From the IMG/VR virus record IMGVR_UViG_3300042876_000344: 64,000 nt of DNA; one strand, 5' to 3'. Below, piece after piece: positions 1 to 7,812 of the stretch. Both the position numbers and the translations under genes were made by a program. The notes beneath the pieces were generated by a model. It searched no databases. It was not told the DNA's origin and saw nothing but the letters and a program-made list of their open reading frames with translations. Numbering within the stretch: position 1 is the stretch's first letter; each line of letters begins with the position of its first letter. Origin of the DNA: a virus.

Positions 1-1
1 C

Positions 2-664
2 CAGAAGCTGACGGAGATCAAGAAACAGTTGACGGGCGAGATCTCCGGGAAAGAAACAGAGATCGACCGGCTGATGGACCTGTTATCGAACGGGTACGAG
101 TATCGGCAGGTAGAATGTCGGATCGAATTGGACGTGCCAAGCCAGGGGAAGGCAAGCATTATCCGGATGGACACCAATGAAGTGGTCCGCGTTCGCCGGA
201 TGACCGACGAGGAGATGCAGATCCCCTTGCCGCTGGCCGAAGCCGCGCCTGTCGAGGAGCCCACTGTCGAGGAGCCCGAGCCCGAGCCGGAACCGGAGCC
301 GGAGGCCCCGCCCGTGGAGGTCGTCGAGGCGGAAATCGTGTGCGAGGTAGCCGGGCCGCTCCGCGAGTACTCGCACTCGAAAAATGGCGGCTCATGCTCG
401 CTGATCGTCCACCAGGTCGACGGCGAGATCCGGATGAACTGGGTGGCCGACGCCGAAGGCGAGCATGCCGAGCAGTCCGGAGCCGGGAAAGCCTATCCTT
501 CTGTCGTCGCCGCGGCGAAAGACGGGATGATCGCGATCTGGAACTGGGCGTATGCCCTCATCAATGCGACGACGAACCCGACGAAGCGGGCGGCGCTGCT
601 GTCCGTGGTTGGGTTTGCATCGGACGGGGTGACAGCCCTCCGAAAAGAGGAGCCCCCGGAGTGA
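2..664 (+). CDS. hypothetical protein, 5' end truncated by window edge (coiled-coil N-part, PEPEPEPE linker, globular C-part)
   Basis: Frame of track ORF 29..664 stays open back to nt 2 (QKLTEIKKQL...), so the true start is upstream of the window. Stop TGA 662-664 overlaps the GTG of the next gene (GTGA). Confidence 0.6.
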   Translation, partial: QKLTEIKKQLTGEISGKETEIDRLMDLLSNGYEYRQVECRIELDVPSQGKASIIRMDTNEVVRVRRMTDEEMQIPLPLAEAAPVEEPTVEEPEPEPEPEPEAPPVEVVEAEIVCEVAGPLREYSHSKNGGSCSLIVHQVDGEIRMNWVADAEGEHAEQSGAGKAYPSVVAAAKDGMIAIWNWAYALINATTNPTKRAALLSVVGFASDGVTALRKEEPPE

Positions 665-906
665 CATCGGACCTCACTCGCGGGTTTGCCAGTGGCGTTC
701 TCGTGGCGATGCTGGTGTTTTCCAGTATCTGGTATCTCGCAGACCGCGCGCGGGGAGGCCAACGCCTCCCCGCTGACTGGCTGATATCGGCGCTGCATGC
801 CATCGCGATGATGGCGAAAGCCGTGGCTGATGGCTTCGAATCAGCAGTGAAGGATTACCGCTACATGCGGAAACACTTTGGGAAGGAGTCGGGCCATGCC
901 ATGTAA
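661..906 (+). CDS. small membrane protein
   Basis: GTG 661 overlaps the upstream stop and is in frame with the tail of track ORF 340..906. Hydrophobic helix GVLVAMLVFSSIWYL. The N-terminal two thirds of the track ORF is R/G-rich shadow sequence. Confidence 0.5.
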   Translation: MTSDLTRGFASGVLVAMLVFSSIWYLADRARGGQRLPADWLISALHAIAMMAKAVADGFESAVKDYRYMRKHFGKESGHAM

Positions 907-1141
907 CCTAAAGCCGCTACCAGGCGGAGGCCATGCCATCGTTTGCACGCGCGGGCGACGGCCCATCGTGTGCGTTACGTGTCGCCGTCCTGGCAACATC
1001 TTGTGCGACTATCCGGTGACACGCGACGGGAAACCCGGCACGTGTGACCGGCCATGCTGCCGCCAGCATGCGGTATCAGTTGGGCCGAATCGCGATTACT
1101 GCTTGGCGCATGCGAATCTTTCGGAGGCTGCCAATGGCTGA
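896..1141 (+). CDS. Cys-rich zinc-ribbon-like small protein
   Basis: ATG 896 with GGAG 7 nt upstream, inside track ORF 878..1141. 9 Cys plus His in 81 aa (VCTRG..VCVTC..LCDYP..TCDRPCCRQH..CLAH). Confidence 0.6.
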   Translation: MPCNLKPLPGGGHAIVCTRGRRPIVCVTCRRPGNILCDYPVTRDGKPGTCDRPCCRQHAVSVGPNRDYCLAHANLSEAANG

Positions 1142-2054
1142 CAAGTCCTCTATTGAGTGGACCGACGCGACATGGTCCCCCTTCCGCGGCTGCACCCGGA
1201 TCTCCCCTGGCTGCCAGAACTGCTATGCCGAGCGCATGGCAGCGCGCAATTTGCTAGGGCACAGATCACCCACGACGGGCAATCCGTTCGCCAACATGAC
1301 GCAGGGTGGGCCGCGCTGGACGGGCAAGGTGGAGTTGATCGAGAGCCAGATGAATGCGCCCCTTCGCTGGCGCAGGCCGCGCCGGATATTTGTCAATTCG
1401 ATGAGCGATACGTTCCACGAGCGCGTGTCCGTTGAGTGGATTGAACGCGTTTTCGCGGTGGCGTCAGTGTGCCAGCAGCACACGTTCATTATGCTCACGA
1501 AAAGGTCAAAGCGCCTGCGCGAGTATCACGCCGAAGATCTCATGGGGCGCGGGGCAAGGCATCGCGTCTATAACCGCGCGTACGCCCTCGGGGCAATCTG
1601 GCAGCGGAGTCCCTCCGTAGGCTGGCCGCTCCGCAATATCCACATGGGCATCTCCGCTGAGGATCAACCGCGCTTCGATGAGCGAGTTGAAGATCTGCGC
1701 GCAACGCCCGCCGCCGTCCGCTGGCTCTCAATGGAGCCGCTACTTGGCCCCATTGATCTGGCTGGCCGGCTGGACGGCATCCACTGGGTTGTCGTCGGCG
1801 GCGAGTCTGGACCGGGCGCGCGGCCAGTCCAAAAGGATTGGGTGCGATCCATCCGGAACGCGTGCGTTGAGGCTGGCGTGCCGTTTTTCTTCAAGCAGTG
1901 GGGAGAATATCTCCCTCCAATGACGGATGGCGCGATCACAGATAACGGGCAGGTCCTGAACTGCTCCGATGTGCCAGTGCGTATCGGAAAGTCTCGCGCT
2001 GGGGCATCGCTTGATGGGCGCGAGTGGCGCGAACTGCCGGAGGCTGCGCGATGA
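1134..2054 (+). CDS. phage Gp37/Gp68-like (DUF5131) three-Cys-motif protein
   Basis: Internal ATG 1134 gives MADKSSIEWTDATWSPFRGCTRISPGCQNCYAERMA (IEWT..W.P..GC..S.GC..CYA). C-terminal WVVVGGESGPGARP..WVRSIRNAC..GVPFFFKQWG. Both are hallmarks I associate with DUF5131. Confidence 0.75.
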   Translation: MADKSSIEWTDATWSPFRGCTRISPGCQNCYAERMAARNLLGHRSPTTGNPFANMTQGGPRWTGKVELIESQMNAPLRWRRPRRIFVNSMSDTFHERVSVEWIERVFAVASVCQQHTFIMLTKRSKRLREYHAEDLMGRGARHRVYNRAYALGAIWQRSPSVGWPLRNIHMGISAEDQPRFDERVEDLRATPAAVRWLSMEPLLGPIDLAGRLDGIHWVVVGGESGPGARPVQKDWVRSIRNACVEAGVPFFFKQWGEYLPPMTDGAITDNGQVLNCSDVPVRIGKSRAGASLDGREWRELPEAAR

Positions 2055-2797
2055 GCCCCCGCCAACGTGCCGAGGCCATCATGGCCATCTCGCCCCGGCC
2101 CGCCTGCTTCAATGAGGCGTGGTGGGTGGAGCAGATCACCAGCGCCATCCAGGCGGCCATCAAGGATCTACTCGCCTCCGTAGTCGTGGGGGCCACCATG
2201 GACGGCAATGTGCGCGTGCGGGTGGGCGACTATGAGCAGGTAGTTGAGATCCGAACTGCGCAGCAACAGGCCCTCGCCGCCGCGCTGGAAGACCTCGCCG
2301 CCGTGACTGCCGAGCGGGACGGGTTAGCCGACGAACTACGCAAGACGCACAAACTCCTGGGCGAGACGCAGGAGCGGTACGAAGCCGCGCTGGAGGAGAA
2401 GCGGGCGGAACTGGCGAAGGTAACCAAAGAGCGCGACGAACTGCGCGCGGAACTCGACACTTGCCCCGACTGCGAGGGCGAGGGGTACATCGAGAGCATC
2501 GGGTCCGACAATTACCCGGAGTCGGTTAGATGCGAGCATAAGGGGCTCAAGGCGGCGGAACTGGCGGCGGTCGCGCGGGAGCGGGACGGGCTTGCGGCGG
2601 CGCTGGCAACAGCTCTCCATCGCATGTCGTGTACCGTAAATCACTGCAAAGAGTGCTATGCCTACAGATTGTACAGCAGGCCGTCTGATGTCCTCGCCGC
2701 CCACGACCGCGCAGTCGCGGCGCGGGTGCTGCGGAGAGAAGCCGAGGGGCATTTTAAGGATGAGGGCTATTCGGATCTGAGTGTAGGTGTTCGCTAG
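2051..2797 (+). CDS. coiled-coil protein with CPDCEG / CKEC Cys pairs
   Basis: ATG 2051 overlaps upstream stop (ATGA). Long heptad-like ELRKTHKLLGETQERYEAALEEKRAELAKVTKERDELRAEL. Confidence 0.6.
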   Translation: MSPRQRAEAIMAISPRPACFNEAWWVEQITSAIQAAIKDLLASVVVGATMDGNVRVRVGDYEQVVEIRTAQQQALAAALEDLAAVTAERDGLADELRKTHKLLGETQERYEAALEEKRAELAKVTKERDELRAELDTCPDCEGEGYIESIGSDNYPESVRCEHKGLKAAELAAVARERDGLAAALATALHRMSCTVNHCKECYAYRLYSRPSDVLAAHDRAVAARVLRREAEGHFKDEGYSDLSVGVR

Positions 2798-2841
2798 GTG
2801 TTCGCTAATGATGCAACAGCGTCAAACTTCGGATTTGAGTG

Positions 2842-2870
2842 TTGACAACCACACTGGAATCCGATATTGT
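2842..2870 (+). promoter_or_regulatory. sigma70-like promoter, leaderless geometry
   Basis: TTGACA (2842-2847), 17 nt spacer, TATTGT (2865-2870), then 6 nt to ATG 2877. No SD in between. Confidence 0.55.
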
Positions 2871-2876
2871 AAAAGC

Positions 2877-3155
2877 ATGACAAGTACAAGGATCGACGCC
2901 AAAACGATGAAAGGTGAGATCCGAGTTCGCCGTGGCTACGACATTCGGGTTGACTCGAAGACTGGACAGAAGACGGAGGTTTCCCCCGTCGTTTGTATGT
3001 GCTGCCAGAAGGACATCTTTCACGTCTCTGAACTTATCAATGGCGACATCGTTGGACCGGGATGCGACGGACTCATTGCCTGTCCGGTGTATCGGATTGG
3101 CCGCACGCTCAACAGGAAGCAAGCCGCATACGCTTCATCAAGGGGGTTGCTATGA
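2877..3155 (+). CDS. hypothetical protein
   Basis: ATG 2877 directly after the promoter, inside track ORF 2787..3155. First gene of a visibly more A/T-rich module. Confidence 0.55.
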   Translation: MTSTRIDAKTMKGEIRVRRGYDIRVDSKTGQKTEVSPVVCMCCQKDIFHVSELINGDIVGPGCDGLIACPVYRIGRTLNRKQAAYASSRGLL

Positions 3156-3319
3156 CCGAGCAGGAAGTCGAGCTGATTATAGACAAATTGCGGGAAGCCG
3201 AGAGCATGGTGATCTCGGCCCTCTTGGACGACAGGAAGCGGGATAGCTGGGGGGCGTTGGACGAGTGTAAAGTTCTGATTTGGAAGGCAATGGACCAAGC
3301 GGGAGACGCAGCACGATGA
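3152..3319 (+). CDS. hypothetical small protein
   Basis: ATG 3152 overlaps upstream stop (ATGA). MTEQEVELIIDKLREAES... Confidence 0.55.
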   Translation: MTEQEVELIIDKLREAESMVISALLDDRKRDSWGALDECKVLIWKAMDQAGDAAR

Positions 3320-3495
3320 GTTGGGAAGCGTGGGGCAGCGGCCCGGAACCATTCGACGTTGACAAACTGTATCGGGAAGGGTGGGATTGCGATGAGAGTT
3401 GTGTGGTGTGGTTCAAGGAGGAGGAGCCGGAGAAAGTCTACACACTGGATGAGGCAATCCAAATCTATGAGGATTGGCTATCAAATGAGGAGTAA
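3316..3495 (+). CDS. hypothetical small acidic protein
   Basis: ATG 3316 overlaps upstream stop (ATGA). MSWEAWGSGPEPFDVDKLYREGW... Confidence 0.55.
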   Translation: MSWEAWGSGPEPFDVDKLYREGWDCDESCVVWFKEEEPEKVYTLDEAIQIYEDWLSNEE

Positions 3496-3499
3496 CTCT

Positions 3500-3838
3500 A
3501 TGACGAGAGTCGTCGAGGTAAAGCCGGGTATTGAGATGCGGATTCGTGGCCTCCGATGGGATGACGGCTGGAGGTACGGCTCCCCGGTGGCACTCATAGA
3601 CCCCGTTCTGAAAGTGTACGAGGACGGACGGAGCCTAGAAAGGGCAATCGAAGACCTGTGTATTGATGCGTGTGTTTGCGGCGTACTGAAAGATGAGGAA
3701 GCATGGCGATGGGAAGCGGCTCCGGGTGGGTCCTTGGCCTACCTCAGACGCAAGTTTTACCGCACGCATGTCCAGCGAGTTGATTGTAAGGTGCGGTTCA
3801 TTGTTGACGACGACGGAGAGTTGTGGTGGGAGGCGTAA
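3500..3838 (+). CDS. hypothetical protein
   Basis: ATG 3500 with GAGGAG 7 nt upstream, inside track ORF 3359..3838. Confidence 0.6.
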   Translation: MTRVVEVKPGIEMRIRGLRWDDGWRYGSPVALIDPVLKVYEDGRSLERAIEDLCIDACVCGVLKDEEAWRWEAAPGGSLAYLRRKFYRTHVQRVDCKVRFIVDDDGELWWEA

Positions 3839-4242
3839 TGGGTATGTTTGCGCCGGGTAGAAGCGAGACGGTGAACTACCACTATTGGCCGATCCGATTC
3901 GGCTGGTCTAGTGGGCCATACCAGCAAACACTTTGGCGGTGGGTTAGAAGGGCTATCGACAGCAGGCGGTGGACCCTCGATTACCCACACCGATACACTT
4001 GCCTGTCGTCGCTGGAAATTCACAGGGCTGCTGCCCGTCGAATGTGGCACGGTTGGCCCATCGGGGGCAGTTCAAGGGAGTATGGCTGGACGCTTCACCT
4101 TGGACGGTTTAAGGTGTACTTCGGAGATCCGGACACCACACGGCAATCCGAAATCAGTACTAATGGTCCATCCACACCGCAATCCGAAGTTGGTAAACTG
4201 GCTTCATGCCAAACAGACTCGGACTCAAGGACTGGAAAGTGA
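3838..4242 (+). CDS. hypothetical Trp-rich protein, 3' end probably altered by the IS insertion
   Basis: ATG 3838 overlaps upstream TAA (TAATG). The frame runs into the ISL3 left end and 36 nt into the transposase gene. An alternative overlapping frame (track ORF 3911..4471) cannot be excluded. Confidence 0.45.
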   Translation: MGMFAPGRSETVNYHYWPIRFGWSSGPYQQTLWRWVRRAIDSRRWTLDYPHRYTCLSSLEIHRAAARRMWHGWPIGGSSREYGWTLHLGRFKVYFGDPDTTRQSEISTNGPSTPQSEVGKLASCQTDSDSRTGK

Positions 4243-5549
4243 CGAACGTCGAAGAAAGCACAACAGACATGAGGGTGACGGCAGAGTACACGCCGCCACC
4301 CACGGCCTGCCCTCGCTGTGGGTTGGCCGACCAGCCGCTCTACAAGCACGATGTCCGCACTCAGGAGTTCATGGATACCCCGCTCCACGGAAAGCGGGTC
4401 CATTTGATCGTGAGACGCCAGCGGTACGTCTGCCAAGGGTGCGAGAAAACCTTCCAGCAGATCCTTCCTGATATGGAGGAAGACCGCACGATGACGAAGC
4501 GACTGGTGTCGTACATCAAGCGTCTATCGCTGGAAAAGAAGTTCACTGAGATTGCTGATGAGGTTGGAGTCAACGAGAAGACCGTCCGCAACCTATTCAA
4601 AGAGCACGTCGAAAGGCTCGATTCCGAGCGGGTCATCACGGCCCCGGAGTGGCTTGGCGTGGATGAGCTTCACATATTGGGTGACTTTCGGGCGATGCTC
4701 ACAGCCCCCGGCGAGAAGAAGATTCTTGACCTTCTGGAGAAACGAGACAAGGCTACCGTTCTCAAGTGGATGCTGGCCCTGCCCAACCGGAAGAACGTCA
4801 AGGTGGTGACGATGGACATGCACCGCCCGTACCGGGAAGCTGCGTTGGCAGCGTTTCCGAATGCCGCCTGTGTGGTGGATGTATTCCACGTCGTCAGGAT
4901 GGCAAACAAAGCGGCGGATTCGCTCCGCATCGCACTCAAGGATGAACTGGACCCGAAGGTACGCCGGAAGATCAAGCGTGATCGGTGGATCATTCAGGCA
5001 CGTCGCAGGAACCTGAAGGCTGGCGACGTAATCATGCTGCATTCGTGGGATCGGGTAGTTCCGATGCTCTCGGCAGCATACCGGGCAAAGGAAGACTTCT
5101 ACGACATCTACGAAAAGGCCAAGGACCGGGCGGAAGCTCTTGAACTGTGGGACTTGTGGCTGGAGATGTTGGAGCCGGAACTGAAGAAGCCCTTCAGTGA
5201 ACTGATCCGGGCTGTGACGAACTGGAAGCCCGAAATCTTCAACTTCTTCGACTACCGGGGCAAGACCAACGCCTACACGGAAGCGATCAATAGCGTCATT
5301 CGAGCCATCAACCGTGCTGGTCGTGGCTATAGCCTCGACGCCATCAGAGCCAAGGTGTTGTACGGCGGCAAGAAGCGGCAGACGGACACCGAGTACCAGA
5401 AGGTCGCCTTGTCGATGAAGATCAAGCGGCCCAAGGTGGACACAACTTATCGGGTGGACCCGGAGACAGTGCTCCATGTGGACAAACCACCCAAACCAAA
5501 GAAGAAGACAAGAAAGTATGAGAAATGAATGTCAACACTACAATCCGAA
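4144..5549 (+). mobile_element. ISL3-family insertion sequence (boundaries approximate)
   Basis: Intact ISL3 transposase ORF. The 9-nt CAATCCGAA occurs at 4144-4152, 4180-4188 and 5541-5549 and is a candidate target-site duplication. Clean terminal inverted repeats could not be found by eye. Confidence 0.6.
4206..5528 (+). CDS. ISL3-family DDE transposase
   Basis: N-terminal zf-ISL3 pattern CPRCG..(n)..RRQRYVCQGCEKTF. LGVDELHILG, VTMDMHRPY...VVDVFHVV and KTNAYTEAINSVIRAINRAGRGY match the ISL3 DDE core. 440 aa with no frameshift. Confidence 0.93.
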   Translation: MPNRLGLKDWKVTNVEESTTDMRVTAEYTPPPTACPRCGLADQPLYKHDVRTQEFMDTPLHGKRVHLIVRRQRYVCQGCEKTFQQILPDMEEDRTMTKRLVSYIKRLSLEKKFTEIADEVGVNEKTVRNLFKEHVERLDSERVITAPEWLGVDELHILGDFRAMLTAPGEKKILDLLEKRDKATVLKWMLALPNRKNVKVVTMDMHRPYREAALAAFPNAACVVDVFHVVRMANKAADSLRIALKDELDPKVRRKIKRDRWIIQARRRNLKAGDVIMLHSWDRVVPMLSAAYRAKEDFYDIYEKAKDRAEALELWDLWLEMLEPELKKPFSELIRAVTNWKPEIFNFFDYRGKTNAYTEAINSVIRAINRAGRGYSLDAIRAKVLYGGKKRQTDTEYQKVALSMKIKRPKVDTTYRVDPETVLHVDKPPKPKKKTRKYEK

Positions 5550-5634
5550 TACCCAGGATGAGGTCTTTGGCTGGCATATCTCATCCGCCACAGTTGGAAA
5601 AGAGTTGAGACGTCTTGCCGCCCAGTACGAGGCC

Positions 5635-5662
5635 GGCGAGCGGGAGGTGCCGGGTGAGTAGT
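5635..5662. repeat. 28-nt gene-junction repeat, copy 1
   Basis: GGCGAGCGGGAGGTGCCGGGTGAGTAGT encodes ...GEREVPGE* of the upstream ORF and supplies GGGAGG + GTG for the next gene. Confidence 0.9.
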
Positions 5663-5875
5663 CCGAATTTCAGGCGGCTACTGGCCGCACAAATCGAGCC
5701 ACATCTGATCAGAATCCACGGTTTGCTGGGGAGTGACTACAAGCTGACGCTCATCGCCAGGAACGCAACGATGGAGACCGCCGACGTGATTCTGACGGCT
5801 GACAACCTCGACCTCGCGATTGCGGCGGCGAAGAGGACACGCCAGAACGGCGAGCGGGAGGTACCGGGTGAGTAG
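5654..5875 (+). CDS. hypothetical small protein
   Basis: GTG 5654 lies 5 nt after GGGAGG, in frame with track ORF 5615..5875. Begins MSSPNFRRLLAAQ and ends GEREVPGE*. Confidence 0.6.
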   Translation: MSSPNFRRLLAAQIEPHLIRIHGLLGSDYKLTLIARNATMETADVILTADNLDLAIAAAKRTRQNGEREVPGE

Positions 5876-5876
5876 T
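5849..5876. repeat. 28-nt gene-junction repeat, copy 2
   Basis: GGCGAGCGGGAGGTACCGGGTGAGTAGT, one mismatch to copy 1, 214 nt downstream. Confidence 0.9.
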
Positions 5877-6638
5877 TTCGAGTCCGAGTTTTATAGACTA
5901 CGCGCTACCCTTGTCGACGTGCGGAATGCGGCGATGAGTCAGATTTCGCCGCCAGCGCCGCAGGAGATGGACCGAGAGGCCCTCGTCAATATCGCGGAGA
6001 CGGCCGAGGCAGGCCTCGCTGTGGACGTCCAGGCGCTGCATAAGCATACCGCGATGAGCAAGGCGGCGCAGGAAGATCGACCCTTGGTGCCAAGCCGAGT
6101 GCGCATCTACAGTTATCAGCACGAAGCGTACTGGCGCCCGAATGCGGGTGGCTACACGAGAGAGAAAGAAGAGGCGTGGGTCCTATCGCGAGCTGAAGCC
6201 GAGCGCATAACCAAGCACTGTGGTCCGGAAAAGAGGATCGAGTTAGAACTCGTGCCGAGCAGGTGGAAATCGCGAGCAGAGTTGGAAACTGAGAATGAGC
6301 GGCGCGCGAATGAGGCCCGCAACTGGCAGAGCACCGCAGAGCAGCATTGTCGCAATGAGCAGTATTACCGAGGGATGCTGGCCCAAATTGGAGAGACCCT
6401 CGGGCAGGCGGTCAAAACCTGTGACGACGGAACCACCGTGCCAGATGTTTTGGTGGCCAAGGTGGTGGAGGTCACACTGGCGCGCATCTCGGGGCTGGAG
6501 GCGGAGAACGCCCGGCTGCGGGCGGCGATCTTGGCGGCCCCACACGGGATGCTTTGCCAAGAGTATGCGCACTGGGAGAACGAAAAGTGTGACTGCTGGA
6601 AGCAGGCCGCGCTGGCCGGGGAGGATTCCAATGGCTGA
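5868..6638 (+). CDS. coiled-coil hypothetical protein
   Basis: GTG 5868 after GGGAGG, in frame with track ORF 5820..6638. Begins MSSFESEFYRLRATL. Confidence 0.65.
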   Translation: MSSFESEFYRLRATLVDVRNAAMSQISPPAPQEMDREALVNIAETAEAGLAVDVQALHKHTAMSKAAQEDRPLVPSRVRIYSYQHEAYWRPNAGGYTREKEEAWVLSRAEAERITKHCGPEKRIELELVPSRWKSRAELETENERRANEARNWQSTAEQHCRNEQYYRGMLAQIGETLGQAVKTCDDGTTVPDVLVAKVVEVTLARISGLEAENARLRAAILAAPHGMLCQEYAHWENEKCDCWKQAALAGEDSNG

Positions 6639-6975
6639 ATTCTTTACCTCGACCACGGCACTCAAACTCTACGAGGAGCAGATCGCTGTCCGCGACCGCC
6701 ACATTGCGGAGTTGGAGGTGGCACTTCTGGGCTTCTACGCCGGCCACCAGGGCGGCAGTGACCCGAAACAGGATGACTGCCAATGCCTGAATTGCCGCTC
6801 ATACCGCGCGTACCGGGCGGGGAATACAATCTTGCTCAACGACATGCTCGCCGGGGCGAAACGGATGGCGCTAGAGGAGGCGGCAAGGCACTTCGGCGTT
6901 GAGCCAACAGCCTCCTATCAGGGATCGACTGTCGAGGGGTTTCTGCTGAGCAAGGCGCGGGAGCCCCGTCCATGA
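6631..6975 (+). CDS. hypothetical protein
   Basis: ATG 6631 overlaps the upstream stop (ATGGCTGA). It is the tail of track ORF 6295..6975, whose N-part is shadow sequence. Confidence 0.6.
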   Translation: MAEFFTSTTALKLYEEQIAVRDRHIAELEVALLGFYAGHQGGSDPKQDDCQCLNCRSYRAYRAGNTILLNDMLAGAKRMALEEAARHFGVEPTASYQGSTVEGFLLSKAREPRP

Positions 6976-7340
6976 GCATCCGAGTCGCCTGCCGCCGCGA
7001 CCTCCACTACGACTACACCTATCAATGGCGGCCTGGCCTCCACGTGACCGACAGCGGCCCCGCCACCTGCGCCTGGTGCGGCGGCCAGTGGGCATCCACT
7101 CACCGCCTCCAGTACTCGCCCTGCTGCGGCTCTTCGCGCGTGCAGCCGGGCGCCGTGAGCCTGATGCGCCTCTCGCGGCATCCGAAGCTGCGGCCGATCT
7201 TCGGGGATGTCTTCCGGTGGCGGGGGCTGCGCTGTTGTGCGGCCATCGAGGGCGACAGCGTCCTGGTGGACGGCTTCTGGCGCGTTCCGGTGAAGCTGTG
7301 GCTGCGTGAGGCGCGGATAGCACGGAGGGGCGACGTATGA
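6972..7340 (+). CDS. hypothetical Cys/Trp-rich protein
   Basis: ATGA overlap at 6972. Track ORF. Confidence 0.55.
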   Translation: MSIRVACRRDLHYDYTYQWRPGLHVTDSGPATCAWCGGQWASTHRLQYSPCCGSSRVQPGAVSLMRLSRHPKLRPIFGDVFRWRGLRCCAAIEGDSVLVDGFWRVPVKLWLREARIARRGDV

Positions 7341-7507
7341 TTGCCATCCGCGCGTTCATGTTGATCGCCGACGATGAGCCGAGCCTGCAGGATATTCGGT
7401 TCACGCGGGAGGAGATCGAGAACCTCGCTGATGTCGATTGGTGGCTGGCGCACGGTGGCCGGATCGTTGAAGTAGAGATTCGGGAGGTCCGCGATGGAAC
7501 CACCTAA
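7337..7507 (+). CDS. hypothetical 56-aa protein (below track cutoff)
   Basis: ATG 7337 overlaps upstream TGA (ATGA). MIAIRAFMLIADDEPSLQDIRFTREEIENLADVDWWLAHGGRIVEVEIREVRDGTT*. Confidence 0.5.
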   Translation: MIAIRAFMLIADDEPSLQDIRFTREEIENLADVDWWLAHGGRIVEVEIREVRDGTT

Positions 7508-7763
7508 AGCCGGCGACCAAGTGAGGGTTCGCCGGCGCGTGTTCACTGTCATCTGGGCCGCGGCGAATCACGTGATTTATGTTGTCGACGGCGGCTACAT
7601 GGGGCACGTGGTCAGCATGTCAGACTGGCGGAGACTCACTGCTTCGCCCGCATCGGCACCCGGCGACCGTCAGAAAACACCATCCAGTCCCGGGTCCAAA
7701 TCCGGCCGTCGTGGTAGACGCCCCGCTCCACCTCAATCCACCAGTCCTGATCGTCCAGCCTAA
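7494..7763 (+). CDS. hypothetical protein; C-terminal ~42 codons overlap a convergent gene
   Basis: ATG 7494 with GGGAGG 6 nt upstream. The N-part (MEPPKAGDQVRVRRRVFTVIW...) looks protein-like. The tail is P/S/R-rich and antisense to 7636..7803. Confidence 0.55.
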   Translation: MEPPKAGDQVRVRRRVFTVIWAAANHVIYVVDGGYMGHVVSMSDWRRLTASPASAPGDRQKTPSSPGSKSGRRGRRPAPPQSTSPDRPA

Positions 7764-7803
7764 CGAACACCTCATCGGCCGTCTCAGTGATCGTCCCGTT
7801 CAC
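7636..7803 (-). CDS. hypothetical 55-aa protein, last gene of the late operon (below track cutoff)
   Basis: GTG 7803: MNGTITETADEVFVRLDDQDWWIEVERGVYHDGRIWTRDWMVFSDGRRVPMRAKQ*. By hand count 46 of 55 codons end in G/C. Confidence 0.5.
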   Translation of the reverse strand: MNGTITETADEVFVRLDDQDWWIEVERGVYHDGRIWTRDWMVFSDGRRVPMRAKQ

Positions 7804-7812
7804 GACGCGCCC

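Noticed and set aside
5476-5661. 61-aa ORF overlapping the transposase 3' end, as an independent gene
   Set aside because: Its 5' part lies inside the IS, and it has no convincing start or SD. Only its 3' end (GEREVPGE* junction) looks functional. It is interpreted as the 3' remnant of a gene split by the IS rather than an intact CDS.
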